Source: the human T2T-CHM13v2.0 reference genome, Homo sapiens
DNA: 64,000 bases
Assembly (NCBI RefSeq): GCF_009914755.1
Contig: NC_060930.1
Strand: one strand, 5' to 3'
Under the pieces are notes generated by a model, which made no database searches, had not been told where the DNA came from, and was given only the letters and a program-made list of their open reading frames with translations. The position numbers and the translations under genes are program-made. Positions 61,127 to 64,000 of the stretch are shown in pieces; position 1 is the first letter of the stretch; each line of letters opens with the position of its first letter.

Positions 61127-61500
61127 TGATATAGTTTGGCTGTGTCTCACCCAAATCTCATCTTGAATTGTAGTCCCCACAATCCCCATGTGTCATGGGA
61201 GAAACCTGGTGGGAAGTAATTGAATCATGGGGGCAGTTATCCCCATGCTATTCTCATGACAGTAACTTCTCAAAAGATCTGATGGTTTTATAAGGGAAAA
61301 TCATTTCCCCCCTTGCTTGGCCCTTCTTCTTCCTGTCACCATGTGAATAAGGATGTGTTTACTTCCCCTTCCGCCATGATTGTAAGTTTCCTGAGGCCTC
61401 TCCAGCCATGCTGAACTGTGAGTCAATTAAACCTCTTTCCTTTATAAATTACCCAGTCTCGGGCATGACTTTATTAGCAGCGTGAGAACGGACTAATACA
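61127..61500 (+). mobile_element. THE1 MaLR solo LTR
   Basis: TGATATAGTTTGGCTGTGTC...GGACTAATACA; 5-bp TSD ATATC/ATATT. Confidence 0.9.
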
Positions 61501-61844
61501 ATATTTTTACATCATCAAAAATGTTTAATAAGAAAAACACCTGGATATTAAATAGGAAAATATAATTGATTAAATAGAAAAAACATAATCCATATAAACA
61601 CAAACAGGAAAGCATTAAAGGAGAGAACAAGTAAGTAATATGATATAGATTTAACTTGCAAATATATTTCATTAATTACTAGTCTTTCAAAATTTTTACA
61701 GAAAGAAAACTTGATACTATTCCGATATCCATTTCAAGCCAAGACTAGTCAATATTTTTCTTTTCTTCAGTTGCCGCAGGCAGCTCTCATAACCAGCACT
61801 GCTTCTAAAATTTAGTCCAGGTGTGAACAACTGGTGATACAGTT

Positions 61845-62103
61845 TTGTTTTGTTTTTTAATTATACTTTAAGCTCTGGGATACATGTGCAGAACATGCAG
61901 GTTTGTTACACAGGTATACATGGGTTTGCTGCACCCATCAACCCATCATCTACATTAGGTATTTCTCCTCATGCTATCCCTCCCCCTGCCCCCCACCCCC
62001 TGACAGGCCCTGGTGTGTGATGTTCCCCTCCCTGGGCCCACATGTTCTCCTTGTTCAACTCCCACTTATGAGTGAGAACATGTGGAGTTTGGTTTTGTTC
62101 CTG
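61845..62103 (-). mobile_element. L1PA 3' end
   Basis: TTATACTTTAAGCTCTGGGATACATGTGCAGAAC. Confidence 0.9.
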
Positions 62104-62122
62104 CATACACAGCTGTTTTTAA

Positions 62123-62552
<430 letters not shown>

Positions 62553-64000
62553 TAACTTATGTTCATTACTCTATTTCACAACACTCAGGCAGGACTTCAG
62601 CATAAATGCTAGCTAGAATCTAATAACATTGTTTTATTTTCACAAAATTTACATTCATATAATTATAGCTTAGCTTTTATTTAGAATAAAGGATAAAATT
62701 TTTCAGTAGTGATAAATGTTCTACTGTAGTGATATCAAGTTTTCCTATTAAATATTTAAGTTAAAATAAGTCAATTAAAAATATTAAGAAAATAATATAC
62801 GTAGCCAGAAATGACCCAATTCCCAAGGATGTATATGATCATCCCAAGGATGATTAAAGCCTGGGAAATGCCGCCTTGAGAATACCACACAAGTGTAGCC
62901 TTTTACTCAAATTTTACAGATTTCCATTAAAAGTAATAGAAGAGAGAAGAGAAAGGGGGAAAAAAGGAGAAAGGAGAAGTAGAACATATAAAATTACTAA
63001 TTAGGGCCACTGATGGATTCTCACCAGGCATGCATGCCCTGCTTTCTTTGGCTCTGACAATATACAGGTCAATGTCTGTGATTCATGGACAACAGGCCTA
63101 AATTACAAATGCCTAAAAAGCTGTATACAAAGTTTCCAAGTTATAGTCTTGTTAAGAAAAAGAAAAGGATAAAAAAATAAAATCAGTGAATTTTAGAACC
63201 AAAAATGGTATACTATTGTTTCATAACCAAACAATAGTATATTATGCACACATATATCCTATAACTTTGATTTTATAAAGATGAAAAAACTCCTATATCA
63301 TCATTTTCTAAACTCTTAAATAAAGGAAATATAGCAATTGAAGCACTTTAACGCTGAACCTTTCTTTTCCCATAAATTACGCACAGACTCTGATTTGTGA
63401 CAAGACTACTTCCGTACCTCACAAAGCTTACAACCATACCTGAATGGTAAATTAAAAATCAAATGACAACAAAAACAAAAGTTATTTGGGTATTATAGAT
63501 GAAAGGACTCAAAACTTAAACAAAAAATTAGTAATTCAGGTGTGGCGGAGTGCTTCTTTTCAATTGGGGATTACTGATCTATTTAAAATCTAAGTATAGA
63601 AACTCAACATTTCTCTCAAGAAGAAATCATCTTTTGTGAAATAAACCTAAACAATCAGTAATCTCAGAACCATCTTTTTGCATATTAAAAATCGGCCATG
63701 ACCTCAAGTTGTAGAGAATGTTTTCATTTAGCTTGAACTTTCTTTACTTACAGAGTAAATCATTCAGATAAAAAAAAATCAAACAGCCCATTTTCTCATT
63801 TGTTTCTAAAAGAAACCAGAATCAGGACATTTTTATTAGATATAAAGTTTTTACTACTATATCACTGAAAAATAAAATTTCTATAGAACTCTCTGAAAAA
63901 TCTAAAACTTTAACTTCCAGCACCAAAGCGGATTTGTAATAATCATCATCCATAAGCAATATAGAACTCATCACCACTTCTACAATACTTACAGACTTAG

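Overview
Human-type (primate) genomic DNA, AT-rich and dense in Alu, L1, LTR and DNA-transposon repeats. The left part holds the 5' half of MCM9 on the minus strand: a CpG-island promoter (~26.3-27.2 kb), two inferred non-coding exons and six coding exons. These splice with consistent phases into codons 1-384, ending just after Walker A (GDPGTGKS). Read-through of the last exon into the intron gives a 391-aa short form. The first ~1 kb looks like a plus-strand 3' UTR, probably of ASF1A, which I recall is nested antisense in an MCM9 intron. The right part holds the last four coding exons and 3' UTR of FAM184A (minus strand). The ~24 kb between the genes is a stack of nested repeats built around a composite L1. 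That L1 carries several local rearrangement scars: a perfect 328-bp tandem duplication, a 36-bp Alu segment apparently copied from an Alu 2.6 kb away, a ~630-bp inverted duplication, and a tail-less L1 inside an L1. I found no new protein-coding system, RNA gene or CRISPR array. The best candidates for new biology are a splice-switchable uORF module in the MCM9 5' UTR and these rearrangement scars. Repeat subfamily names come from memory of consensus sequences and repeat boundaries are approximate.
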